NCBI GenBank assembly: GCA_964599625.1
Contig: CAZRGC010000003.1
Location: forward strand, 3,816-67,815
Origin: an uncultured Gammaproteobacteria bacterium
Lineage (GTDB): Bacteria; Patescibacteriota; Microgenomatia; UBA8517
Direction of reading: 5' to 3'
Length of the DNA stretch: 64,000 bases
In this document: piece after piece, positions 55,679 through 64,000 of the stretch
How positions within the stretch are numbered: position 1 is the stretch's first letter
Layout of the letters: the number at the start of each line of letters is the position of its first letter
The notes under the pieces: generated by a model
Told to the model about the DNA's origin: nothing
The model's database searches: none
Seen by the model: only the letters and a program-made list of their open reading frames with translations
Made by a program: the position numbers and the translations under genes

Positions 55679-57169
55679 TCAAATCTTCTCTGTAACTTTG
55701 TATTCAATATATTTTCCCAACATGAGTCTTGTATGAGCGTCGATGCCGGGAAGTGCCGAGAAGAAAAAACCTGCTATTGGCATAAGTACAAATTCAAATG
55801 GCAACAGAAGTACACGCCAGGCAGGCACCTCTTTTGGCCTTTCAGGTTTTTGAATGTTGTCTATAACTATCATTAAGACTAGGAACACGAGTGAGATTGT
55901 AAGGATGTACGAAGAAAGTTTGGGAATTGTATAGCCCAAAGCCGTTCTTCCGAATGCAGGATTCAAAAGTGTTGGTACGGTAAGCCCTAAGGTGATTATG
56001 AACCAGTTTACTGGCCACAAAAAATGGGACCATACAACTTGGAATAGCCTGGTCGTTTTATCCCAGAATGGAATGTTTCGGGCAAGCAAATAGCTTTTAA
56101 TTATCCACGGATCATCACTTACACCCCAAGCCCACCTTTGAATCTGCTGATACTGATTTTTCAGCGTTTTCCAGAAGGATGAGGACTGTGCGGCGTCAGC
56201 CAAAAGCGGTAGATATAAAGGTTCTACTTCAATGCCTCCACCCGCTTTATAAAAAGCCTTGAAAAATATGCCCCAATCCTCAGGTATTTTGTCAGGATCC
56301 CAATAGCCAACCTGATCCAAAAGTTTGAATGAAAGCGAATAGTTTTGTGCATTAATTAGCCTGTCTTTTCTGGGTAGTTGGGACAGATTCCATATGGTCA
56401 TTAAGGTATTGGGAACTCTTGTAATTGCAGGAATTTCCCAGATGTTGTTATAAAACATGACTGCAGGTTGCCAAAAAGTCTTGAATCTTTCCGGGTTATC
56501 TAAAAATTTGTATGTTAAGGCGGCAAAATGTTTTGGATGAAATCTATGGTCTGCGTCACAACTGGTAACTGTCAGGTAACTCATATCCATTTTCTTCTTG
56601 CTAATATAATTTTCTTTTATCCAGATAGCTGCAAATCTTTCGTTTGAGGCCTTGCCGGCAACCTCACCTGGAACTAGTTTATGAACAGTCATAAATATTT
56701 GATCAAATTTTGATCCAAACTTTTTTTTGATTTCCTTAAACTTTCTATCCCTGTCGACCTTGTCTTCTTTCTCTTCCATTGCCAAAACTGGAACTATTTG
56801 TTTGGTGGGTATCTCTTGGGCGGCCAGTGATCCGATCGTTCTTTCGAGTGTGTGCAACGGTTCCTTGTAGGTGGGAATAATCACTATATGTTTGACTTTT
56901 TTGTAGTCTGGAAAATCTCTCACATCCCCCATCCAGTCGTAGACTTTGGCTGCCTGAATTCTGGTATGAGATACAAGCGAAGATATTGCAATTTGAAGCG
57001 ATTGGTAGAACCAGTAGATATTAAAGAACAATATAAAGTAAGCAACAAACACAGGAAAAACAAAGATTCCCCAATATGGAAGCAGAATTAAGTTCCAGGA
57101 GACAAAACCCGGAACTATTTCCAAAAATCGCAATATTGCCTTCTCGTTTTTTATTATGAAGTCTCTCAT
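55679..57169 (-). CDS. Membrane GT2 glycosyltransferase (processive, cellulose-synthase-like motifs)
   Basis: IIPTYKEP, GKASN, CDAD, IPED, QIQRWAWG (QxxRW); flanking TMs. Confidence 0.88.
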   Translation of the reverse strand: MRDFIIKNEKAILRFLEIVPGFVSWNLILLPYWGIFVFPVFVAYFILFFNIYWFYQSLQIAISSLVSHTRIQAAKVYDWMGDVRDFPDYKKVKHIVIIPTYKEPLHTLERTIGSLAAQEIPTKQIVPVLAMEEKEDKVDRDRKFKEIKKKFGSKFDQIFMTVHKLVPGEVAGKASNERFAAIWIKENYISKKKMDMSYLTVTSCDADHRFHPKHFAALTYKFLDNPERFKTFWQPAVMFYNNIWEIPAITRVPNTLMTIWNLSQLPRKDRLINAQNYSLSFKLLDQVGYWDPDKIPEDWGIFFKAFYKAGGGIEVEPLYLPLLADAAQSSSFWKTLKNQYQQIQRWAWGVSDDPWIIKSYLLARNIPFWDKTTRLFQVVWSHFLWPVNWFIITLGLTVPTLLNPAFGRTALGYTIPKLSSYILTISLVFLVLMIVIDNIQKPERPKEVPAWRVLLLPFEFVLMPIAGFFFSALPGIDAHTRLMLGKYIEYKVTEKI

Positions 57170-57180
57170 TTTGGTTGTGA

Positions 57181-58617
57181 CTAGACCCTAGGGAATAACG
57201 GACCACCTGTTGTTATTTTGCCTTTCCCAAATTGAACTATTATTTTGTTTGCTGTTTCGGGAAGAAAAGGTCTCAAAAGAAGCCCAATTTCAAAAACTCC
57301 CGTTGCAACATCTATCAGTATGTCGACTTTATTGCCCGTATCCTTCCAAAGCTCGTTGCTGTTTATTTGGGAGTCGAGATTTCTTATCTTTCCCCAAATC
57401 ATCTCCAGTGCCAAATCAAACCTAAATGAGTCAATTTGTTCGGAAATGTCTTTGTCGTATTTATTTACTGTTTCAGAAAGTTCAACATTGTTTAATTCGC
57501 AAAGTCTGGCAACTCTTGCCACTAAATTGCCAAGACCGTTTGCAAGGTCTCCGTTGTAAGTTTCTTCGAATTTTTCTTTTGTGAAGTCACTGTCTTCAGT
57601 GGGACTGATTTTGGCCAACAGATAATACCTCAGAGCGTCGGTGCCATACTTTTCTATATACTCAATTGGGTCGATTACGTTTCCTAGCGATTTGCTCATC
57701 TTCTGTCCGCCGGAAGTGATGAACCCATGAATGAATATTTGACGAGATGGGGGGAGACCCGCAGCAATAAGCATTGCCTGCCACATAGATGACTGCTGTC
57801 TTAGATTGTCTTTCCCCGCAACTTGAAGTGCTTTGGGCGACTCTTCAGTTCCCCAAAACTCCTTAAACTTGTCTTCGTCTTCTGGCCACCCCAAAGCAGA
57901 AATATAGTTTGTTAGAGCATCGAACCAAACATACATCACGTGTTTTTCGTCGCCAGGAACAGGAACTCCCCAAGGCATTTTTTCTTTAAGACGGGAGATG
58001 CTAAAGTCCTGCAAGCCTTCGTTTACAAAGTTCCGTATCTCACCGAGTCTGTGGGTTGGAATTACAAAAGTTGGATTATTGTTATAGTATTCCAAGAGTT
58101 TGGATTGTAATTTTGAAAACTTGAAGAAGTAGTTATCTTCTTCAATGAGTTGTACGTCGATGTTGGGATGTATGGGGCATTTGCCATCTACAAGATCTGA
58201 GTCTTGTTTTTCTAGCTCACAACCTACACAGTATTTTGCCTTGTATACACCTTTTTCTATGTAGCCATTTTTTAGACACCTTTTCCAAATCTCCTTAGCA
58301 GCTTCTTTGTGGTGTGTGTCCGTGGTTCTTATAAAGTTGTTGTATGTAAGGTTTAGCTTAGTTTTGAGAATGTCAAACTTCTTGGCATACTCGTCGGTAT
58401 ATTTTTGTGGGTCTTTACCTTCTTCGATAGCTTTCTGATATATTTTCTGACCATGCTCGTCCGTGCCCGTGTTAAAAAAAACGTTTTCGTTCAGAATGTC
58501 TTTGTGGTATCTGGCAACAACATCCGCCTGAATAATTTCGAGAGCAAAGCCTATGTGTGGTTTTGCGTTAACATAGGGTAGTGTAGTCGTGATGTAGAAA
58601 CTCTTTTTGCCTGACAT
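57181..58617 (-). CDS. metG: Methionine--tRNA ligase (short form)
   Basis: YITTTLPYVNAKPHIGFA, TGTDEHGQKI, YVWFDAL, KMSKSLGN. Confidence 0.96.
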   Translation of the reverse strand: MSGKKSFYITTTLPYVNAKPHIGFALEIIQADVVARYHKDILNENVFFNTGTDEHGQKIYQKAIEEGKDPQKYTDEYAKKFDILKTKLNLTYNNFIRTTDTHHKEAAKEIWKRCLKNGYIEKGVYKAKYCVGCELEKQDSDLVDGKCPIHPNIDVQLIEEDNYFFKFSKLQSKLLEYYNNNPTFVIPTHRLGEIRNFVNEGLQDFSISRLKEKMPWGVPVPGDEKHVMYVWFDALTNYISALGWPEDEDKFKEFWGTEESPKALQVAGKDNLRQQSSMWQAMLIAAGLPPSRQIFIHGFITSGGQKMSKSLGNVIDPIEYIEKYGTDALRYYLLAKISPTEDSDFTKEKFEETYNGDLANGLGNLVARVARLCELNNVELSETVNKYDKDISEQIDSFRFDLALEMIWGKIRNLDSQINSNELWKDTGNKVDILIDVATGVFEIGLLLRPFLPETANKIIVQFGKGKITTGGPLFPRV

Positions 58618-58629
58618 GAGCCTATTATA

Positions 58630-58971
58630 CTAGCTTCGAAGTCTGGTTCCTAGGTTTTTTATCTTTTCCGCCCAAACATTAGCCCACTCTTCAGCCTCAA
58701 TCTTTTTGATTCCAAGCCTGACACCAGGCTTTTTTAAAGCAGTTTTTGCCTCCATTATGTCTTTGTCGGTCGCCGACAGGTTGTTTTTAATATTCTCGCT
58801 CGTCCTGCCCTTTTTGAGCCAGTAAACCACCGATATTCTTTTTAAAAGCTTTTCAAACTCATTCTCCGTTAGAAAGTCGGTCCAAAACAGTGACATTTCT
58901 TCTTTTTGGGATAAGTCATTAAGCATTTGGAAGAATGTTTTTGTCAGACCTTTTTTTAGAGACTTGTTCAT
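58630..58971 (-). CDS. TrpR/YerC-like helix-turn-helix protein
   Basis: DFLTENEFEKLLKRISVVYWLKKGRTSENIKNNL. Confidence 0.75.
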   Translation of the reverse strand: MNKSLKKGLTKTFFQMLNDLSQKEEMSLFWTDFLTENEFEKLLKRISVVYWLKKGRTSENIKNNLSATDKDIMEAKTALKKPGVRLGIKKIEAEEWANVWAEKIKNLGTRLRS

Positions 58972-59324
58972 TTTGTGGAAAAATATAGCTCAACACAAAA
59001 AGCAATTGCAACTATCAATATAAGATTGAGGTAGTTGCCTACCCCAACATAGCTTAGAAAAAGATAGGTTATTCCAGACACGGCGCATATAAGGCCACGC
59101 CTTCCAGAAGCAAATATCAGCGAAAAAGTAAATAGCATCGTCAGGAATGCTAGTATAAAAAAGAAAAAAACCGCACCAAAAATTCCCGGGTCGACAAAGT
59201 AGATAACACCAACTGTTGTTAACCAAAGGATTGTTGTAATAAACAGTGTTGGGAGGAAGTTTTTTCTTTTAAGGATTTGTTCGTTGCCTCGTTTACGCTT
59301 TGGCCGAGTTGGTATAATTGACAT
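58968..59324 (-). CDS. Four-TM membrane protein
   Basis: Basic N-terminus and four hydrophobic helices; ATGA overlap with the TrpR-like gene; start uncertain. Confidence 0.65.
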   Translation of the reverse strand: MSIIPTRPKRKRGNEQILKRKNFLPTLFITTILWLTTVGVIYFVDPGIFGAVFFFFILAFLTMLFTFSLIFASGRRGLICAVSGITYLFLSYVGVGNYLNLILIVAIAFCVELYFSTK

Positions 59325-60314
59325 ATGGATATTGTTTTCGTACTTATTATATTGCTTGTATCGTTGCTTTTGCTCGCCATTTATCTTGGTAGAAAAATAA
59401 CCCAAATTTCAGAAAAACAAAGACCTTCCGATGAATTACTAAAAGTAATTCAAACACTGCAAACTGGTTCCAGGGAGGACAGGAGAGACCTACTTATATC
59501 ATTGCAAAAAAACACCGACGCTGTGAACATTCGTTTAGATACTGCAGCAAAGGTTATTGCTCAGGTGCAAAGAGACTTGGGCGAGATGAGCGAGATAGGG
59601 AAGGGGATTAGAACTTTGCAGGATTTTTTACAGTCACCAAAACTCCGGGGTGGGCTAGGGGAGGAGGTTTTGAAAGAGATGATTGGTCAAACTTTTCCAA
59701 AAAACGCATTCCATTTGCAATACTCGTTCAGGTCTGGTGCAAAAGTTGATGCGGTATTAAAAACCGAAGCAGGACTTCTTTGTATTGATTCCAAGTTTCC
59801 GATGGAAAACTTCAACCTAATGGTTAAAGGAGAAAAAGAACTGGACAGAAATATTGCAAAAAAAGCTTTCGTTGCCGATGTCAAAAAACATATTGATGAC
59901 ATATCCAAAAAATATATCCTTCCTGAGGAGGGGACAATGGACTTTGCGTTGATGTATATTCCATCTGAATCTGTATACTACGAAGTGGTCAACATCCACG
60001 AACTTTCTAGCTTTGCTCGTAACAGTCGAGTGTATCCGGTTTCACCCAATACACTTTATGCTCACTTACAAGTACTTTTGCTCTCGTTTGAAGGTAAAGA
60101 ACTGGAAACAAAATCCAGAGAGTTGTTTAAAATCCTAAGGGGTATGCAGAAAGACTACCTTAAGATTGATGATTCTTTGGGTATTCTTCAAAAACATATA
60201 ACAAATGCCCAAAACACCATGACAAATGTGCAATCGTCTTTTAAAACATTGGGTCAAAAAATGAACTCTTCTCAGAAGATTGACGTTGAAGATGTAAATC
60301 AGTTAAAAAAGTAA
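59325..60314 (+). CDS. rmuC: DNA recombination protein RmuC
   Basis: TM, coiled coil, KLRGGLGE, IDSKFP, HIDDISKKYI, DFALMYIPSE, VSPNTL. Confidence 0.93.
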   Translation: MDIVFVLIILLVSLLLLAIYLGRKITQISEKQRPSDELLKVIQTLQTGSREDRRDLLISLQKNTDAVNIRLDTAAKVIAQVQRDLGEMSEIGKGIRTLQDFLQSPKLRGGLGEEVLKEMIGQTFPKNAFHLQYSFRSGAKVDAVLKTEAGLLCIDSKFPMENFNLMVKGEKELDRNIAKKAFVADVKKHIDDISKKYILPEEGTMDFALMYIPSESVYYEVVNIHELSSFARNSRVYPVSPNTLYAHLQVLLLSFEGKELETKSRELFKILRGMQKDYLKIDDSLGILQKHITNAQNTMTNVQSSFKTLGQKMNSSQKIDVEDVNQLKK

Positions 60315-60349
60315 CCAGCATTTGGTATTCCAAAGAGGCTGGTTACTTT
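60308..60349. terminator. Bidirectional terminator-like hairpin between convergent rmuC and CBS genes
   Basis: AAAGTAACCAGC...GCTGGTTACTTT inverted repeat with inner TTTGG/CCAAA. Confidence 0.65.
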
Positions 60350-60353
60350 CGAC

Positions 60354-60788
60354 TTAACGACCGCTTGTGATGTATCTCTCCAGATCTGCAACTAAAAGAT
60401 CGTAAGAAAGGGCAATGTCTTTGATCGAAATTATTCCGACCAAATCTCCTTTTTCAAGGACGGGCAAGTGCCTGACGTTTTGATCACGCATCATATCAAG
60501 ACATTCTTTGAAAGTTGTTGTCGGGGTAACGGTTATTATCCGTTCCCTGGGAGTCATTATTTCTCCAACTTTGGTTTTTTGCGGATCTTTTCCTTCCAAA
60601 ACAACCTTCCATGATATGTCCCGTTCGGAAAGTAGTCCGACGAAACGGTCCTCGTCATCTATTATGAGAAGCGAACTTATGTTCAGCTTTTTCATTGTGC
60701 CAACCGCTTCTGTGACGTTTGCGGTGGGGGGAACCTGGACAACTCCTTTTTCAGGGAATCGTCTTAATAACATTCCAACTGTCGACAT
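60354..60788 (-). CDS. CBS-pair domain protein
   Basis: VGLLSERDI, KVGEIMT, VRHLPVL..LVGIISIKD; AGGAG SD. Confidence 0.92.
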   Translation of the reverse strand: MSTVGMLLRRFPEKGVVQVPPTANVTEAVGTMKKLNISSLLIIDDEDRFVGLLSERDISWKVVLEGKDPQKTKVGEIMTPRERIITVTPTTTFKECLDMMRDQNVRHLPVLEKGDLVGIISIKDIALSYDLLVADLERYITSGR

Positions 60789-60899
60789 TTATCAACTCCT
60801 CGTGGTCCTCCAAAAGTGCCAGATGCAATAAATGGACCAGGTTTTGGCATTATACCAAAACAATTTTGAAAATATTTCCGTGATACAATTCTCATTGAA

Positions 60900-63812
60900 A
60901 TGACCGGACTAAAGTCTCCAAAGGTAAACAAAGAACAGGAGAAAGCCATAAAGCACGGCGATGGTCCGCTTTTGATTATTGCAGGCGCAGGCACTGGTAA
61001 AACAACAGTTGTTACGGAGAGGATCAAGTATCTTATTCTTTCAAAAAAAGCCAAACCTTCCGAGATTCTAGCATTAACATTCACCGAAAAAGCTGCCAGG
61101 GAAATGGAAGAAAGAGTCGATATTGGTATGCCTTACGGATATTCCCAAATGTGGATAATGACCTTTCATTCATTCTGCGACAAAATCTTGCGCAGAGAAG
61201 GGCTGCATATAGGTTTGAACCCCTCATACAAACTTTTGACTGATGGAGAGTCAGCAAGATTTTTCCGCAAAAAACTTTTTGATTTTGATATTGATTATTT
61301 CAGACCTCTTGGAAATCCAACAAAATTTATAGATGCGATTCTTCAACATTTCTCAAGACTTACAGATGAAGACATAAGTCCTGAAGTTTACAGCCTCTGG
61401 ACTGACAAGCTCAAAAATGAAACTGAGGAAGAAAAGCTGGAATATAAAAAATACAAAGAACTTTCAAGCTTGTACAAGACCTATACTGATTTAAAAATAA
61501 AAGAAGGTTATTTTGAATTTGGAGACTTAATTACACAATGTCTCAAGTTGTTTAGAAACAGACCGAATATTCTTGGTGAGTATAAAAGACAGTTTAAATA
61601 TATTTTGGTTGATGAGTTTCAGGACACTAATTATTCCCAGAACGAAATTGTTAAATTGTTGGCTGGCGAAAACGGAAATATAACAGTCGTAGCTGATGAC
61701 GACCAAAGTATCTATAGATTTAGAGGGGCGGCGGTCAGTAACGTAATACAGTTTAGGAATAGTTTTCCCAAGACCAATGTTGTTGTATTGACCAAAAACT
61801 ACCGTTCTACTCAGGAAATTCTCGACAGCTCCTATAAATTGATCCAATTTAACAATCCAGACAGGTTGGAGGTTGTTGAAAAAATAGACAAAAAACTCAA
61901 GAGTCAGCTTGTTGAAACCGGAGATGTGCCCGAATTTATCCACGCAGATAGGGTTGAGAATGAAGCTGAAAGTGTCGCAAAAAAAGTAGAGGAGCTGGTT
62001 GAATCTGAAGGATACTCATATAAAGATTTCGCAGTTTTGGTAAGAGCTAATACTCATGCAGATCCATTTGTAAAGTCGTTTAACAGAAACGGAATACCTT
62101 CTCAGTTTTTGGGGCCTGGTCGGCTTTTTAAACAACCGGAGGTTTTGGACCTGATTGCTTATCTAAAGGTGCTTTACAATCCGGAAGACTCCATATCACT
62201 CTACCGTGTCTTGGCCATAGACTATTTTGAAATCGCGGGAAATGATCTTGTAAGTCTGAGTAACGCGGCAAGGAAGACAAACCAGTCTTTGTATGATGTT
62301 GCGGTAAAAGTAGAGAGCGAAGATATTTCGGAAAAGTCAAAAGCAAGTATACAAAAGTTGATCAAAATCATCAAAAAACATCAAAATCTTGGAAAAATAG
62401 AAACAGCAGGAAGAATTTTATATTTATTCCTTGAAGAATCAGGGATGCTAACTTACTTACTTCGGTCAGAGACCGAAACTGCGGAAAAAAAGTCGATAAA
62501 CATTGCCAAGTTTTTTGACAAACTCAAATCGTTTGAATCTGCAAACGACACAGCAAGTGTATCTGAAGTTGTTGATTTTCTTGATCTATCTTTGGAAACT
62601 GGCGAGAGTCCTTTGGCAGCCGACAGTGATTGGACCGAAAACGACGCAGTAAATATTTTAACCGTTCACTCGTCAAAGGGTTTGGAGTTTCCTGTGGTAT
62701 TTATTGTAAATCTTGTGGCACAGCGCTTTCCGACGACCGATAGGAGAGAAGCAATTCCGATACCCCAAGAACTCATACGCGAGATACTGCCGGTTGGTGA
62801 TTATCATATTGAGGAAGAAAGAAGACTTTTTTATGTAGGAATTACACGGGCAAAAAAGAGATTGTATCTTACTGCTTCAGATTTCTATGGGGATGGCAAG
62901 CGAGCCAAAAAGCTTTCGCCTTTTGTTTACGAAGCGTTGGAATTGGACACGTTCGACAAAAAACTCAACAAGAACAAAAATGAGCAACTTACTTTTTTGG
63001 AATACAAACCAAAGGATGTTGAGCAAAGTTTGAAAAGTGAACATTATAAAGTGACATATTTGTCATATTCGGATATTGAAACTTTTGAGACATGTCCTTT
63101 GCACTACAAACTCTCAAAAATATTCAGGTTGCCGGCACCCCCTTCTGCATCTGCTAGTTTTGGCGTAAGTGTACACGCTTCACTAAGAGAATTTTTCGAA
63201 TCAGTAACCACGGGGAAAAAGCCGACGGAAAAAATAATGTTTGATATTTTAGAGAAAAATTGGGTAAGTAAAGGCTTCATAGATAAAAAACAGGAAAGAG
63301 ATTTCTTTGAAAAGGGGAGAATGTACTTGTCAGGGTTTTTGAGACAAGGTTTTGTAAAACAAAAGTTGCCGGTTTTGATGGAGGAAAAATTTTCTTTCCC
63401 GTTGAAAAATGCCAAAGGTGAACGAATTTTGGTAGGAGGAACAATTGACAGGGTAGACGACCTGGGAGATGGAAATATAGAGATAATAGACTACAAAACA
63501 AGCGCAAACATTCCGAGTCAAAAAGAAGTGGACAAAAATATGCAATTAAGCTTTTATGCGTTAGCTGCGACTTTGTCTGGAAATAAGTACTTCATCAAAT
63601 CTCCTGACCAAATCAAGTTGTCGCTTTACTATTTGGATACGCAGGAGAAGTTCACAACAACAAGAACAAAAAAACAACTGGAGGATACTATAGAGAAGAT
63701 TTTTGAGACAAAGGACGCTATCGAGGCCTCTAGTTTCAAATGTTCCGGCCATATGTTTTGCAAGAATGGCTGTGAATTTTCTATGTTTTGTAAAGAAGAT
63801 GCAGAAGTCTAA
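60900..63812 (+). CDS. UvrD/PcrA-family helicase fused to a C-terminal PD-(D/E)XK nuclease
   Basis: AGAGTGKT, LVDEFQD, DDDQSIYRFRGA, NYRST, TVHSSKGLEF, EERRLFYVGITRA; then LSYSDIETFETCP, GTIDRVD, IIDYKT, QLSFY and a Cys cluster. Confidence 0.92.
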   Translation: MTGLKSPKVNKEQEKAIKHGDGPLLIIAGAGTGKTTVVTERIKYLILSKKAKPSEILALTFTEKAAREMEERVDIGMPYGYSQMWIMTFHSFCDKILRREGLHIGLNPSYKLLTDGESARFFRKKLFDFDIDYFRPLGNPTKFIDAILQHFSRLTDEDISPEVYSLWTDKLKNETEEEKLEYKKYKELSSLYKTYTDLKIKEGYFEFGDLITQCLKLFRNRPNILGEYKRQFKYILVDEFQDTNYSQNEIVKLLAGENGNITVVADDDQSIYRFRGAAVSNVIQFRNSFPKTNVVVLTKNYRSTQEILDSSYKLIQFNNPDRLEVVEKIDKKLKSQLVETGDVPEFIHADRVENEAESVAKKVEELVESEGYSYKDFAVLVRANTHADPFVKSFNRNGIPSQFLGPGRLFKQPEVLDLIAYLKVLYNPEDSISLYRVLAIDYFEIAGNDLVSLSNAARKTNQSLYDVAVKVESEDISEKSKASIQKLIKIIKKHQNLGKIETAGRILYLFLEESGMLTYLLRSETETAEKKSINIAKFFDKLKSFESANDTASVSEVVDFLDLSLETGESPLAADSDWTENDAVNILTVHSSKGLEFPVVFIVNLVAQRFPTTDRREAIPIPQELIREILPVGDYHIEEERRLFYVGITRAKKRLYLTASDFYGDGKRAKKLSPFVYEALELDTFDKKLNKNKNEQLTFLEYKPKDVEQSLKSEHYKVTYLSYSDIETFETCPLHYKLSKIFRLPAPPSASASFGVSVHASLREFFESVTTGKKPTEKIMFDILEKNWVSKGFIDKKQERDFFEKGRMYLSGFLRQGFVKQKLPVLMEEKFSFPLKNAKGERILVGGTIDRVDDLGDGNIEIIDYKTSANIPSQKEVDKNMQLSFYALAATLSGNKYFIKSPDQIKLSLYYLDTQEKFTTTRTKKQLEDTIEKIFETKDAIEASSFKCSGHMFCKNGCEFSMFCKEDAEV

Positions 63813-64000
63813 TGAAATATCAGTATTTGTATGTGGTCTAGTTTTTTAAGCAAAAGAGTAAACCTTTTATCTGTTAATACAATTTTTTCTCCGGGCACCA
63901 AAATTATTTCTTTTCCGTCTTGTGCAACCACAAACGGACCACCGTTAACAGGACTATCCAAAAAAATAGTGGTTTTTTCTCCTTGAGTGTGAATATGCAG
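63809..64000 (-). CDS. Partial CDS (3' end only), unknown product
   Basis: Open frame from the window edge (LHIHTQGEKTT...IQILIFH) to the TAG at 63809-63811. Confidence 0.4.
   Translation of the reverse strand: MHIHTQGEKTTIFLDSPVNGGPFVVAQDGKEIILVPGEKIVLTDKRFTLLLKKLDHIQILIFH

Noticed and set aside
1-64000. Prophage, IS elements, rRNA, CRISPR or stop-codon recoding
   Set aside because: No integrase, transposase, phage structural gene, rRNA or repeat-spacer pattern was recognised. Conserved genes such as dnaA, rnpA and jag end properly at TGA.

Overview
Chromosomal origin region of a Patescibacteria (CPR) bacterium, most likely Microgenomates/Woesebacteria-like. The taxon is inferred from gene content; TGA is used as a stop, so the code is 11. 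The centre holds oriC (dnaN-[DnaA boxes plus TAG trios]-dnaA) and the rpmH-rnpA-yidD-yidC-jag cluster. Directly left of dnaN, where recF-gyrB usually sit, is a ~20 kb type IV secretion-like locus. It has eight tandem, diverged VirB2-like pilins, a Cys-rich 891-aa protein ending in a lytic-transglycosylase-like domain, a VirB6-like protein, a PrgI fusion, an ATPase-less VirB4-like protein and VirB4. It also has a 942-aa Gly/Ala-rich membrane protein carrying an HEXXH metalloprotease, an antisense 1065-aa orphan, and a divergent circularly permuted SpoIID-type enzyme. No relaxase, VirD4 or integrase is visible in the window. The right half is housekeeping: rplY, valS, tsaD, a tsaC-tsaE fusion, groES/groEL and hsp20 (both with CIRCE), tRNA-Cys with a duplicated 3' end, a surface-glycan cluster, metG, rmuC and a UvrD-nuclease fusion. 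Many genes have a -10 box 5-8 nt before the ATG, suggesting leaderless mRNAs. All family calls come from reading motifs by eye; no database searches were run.
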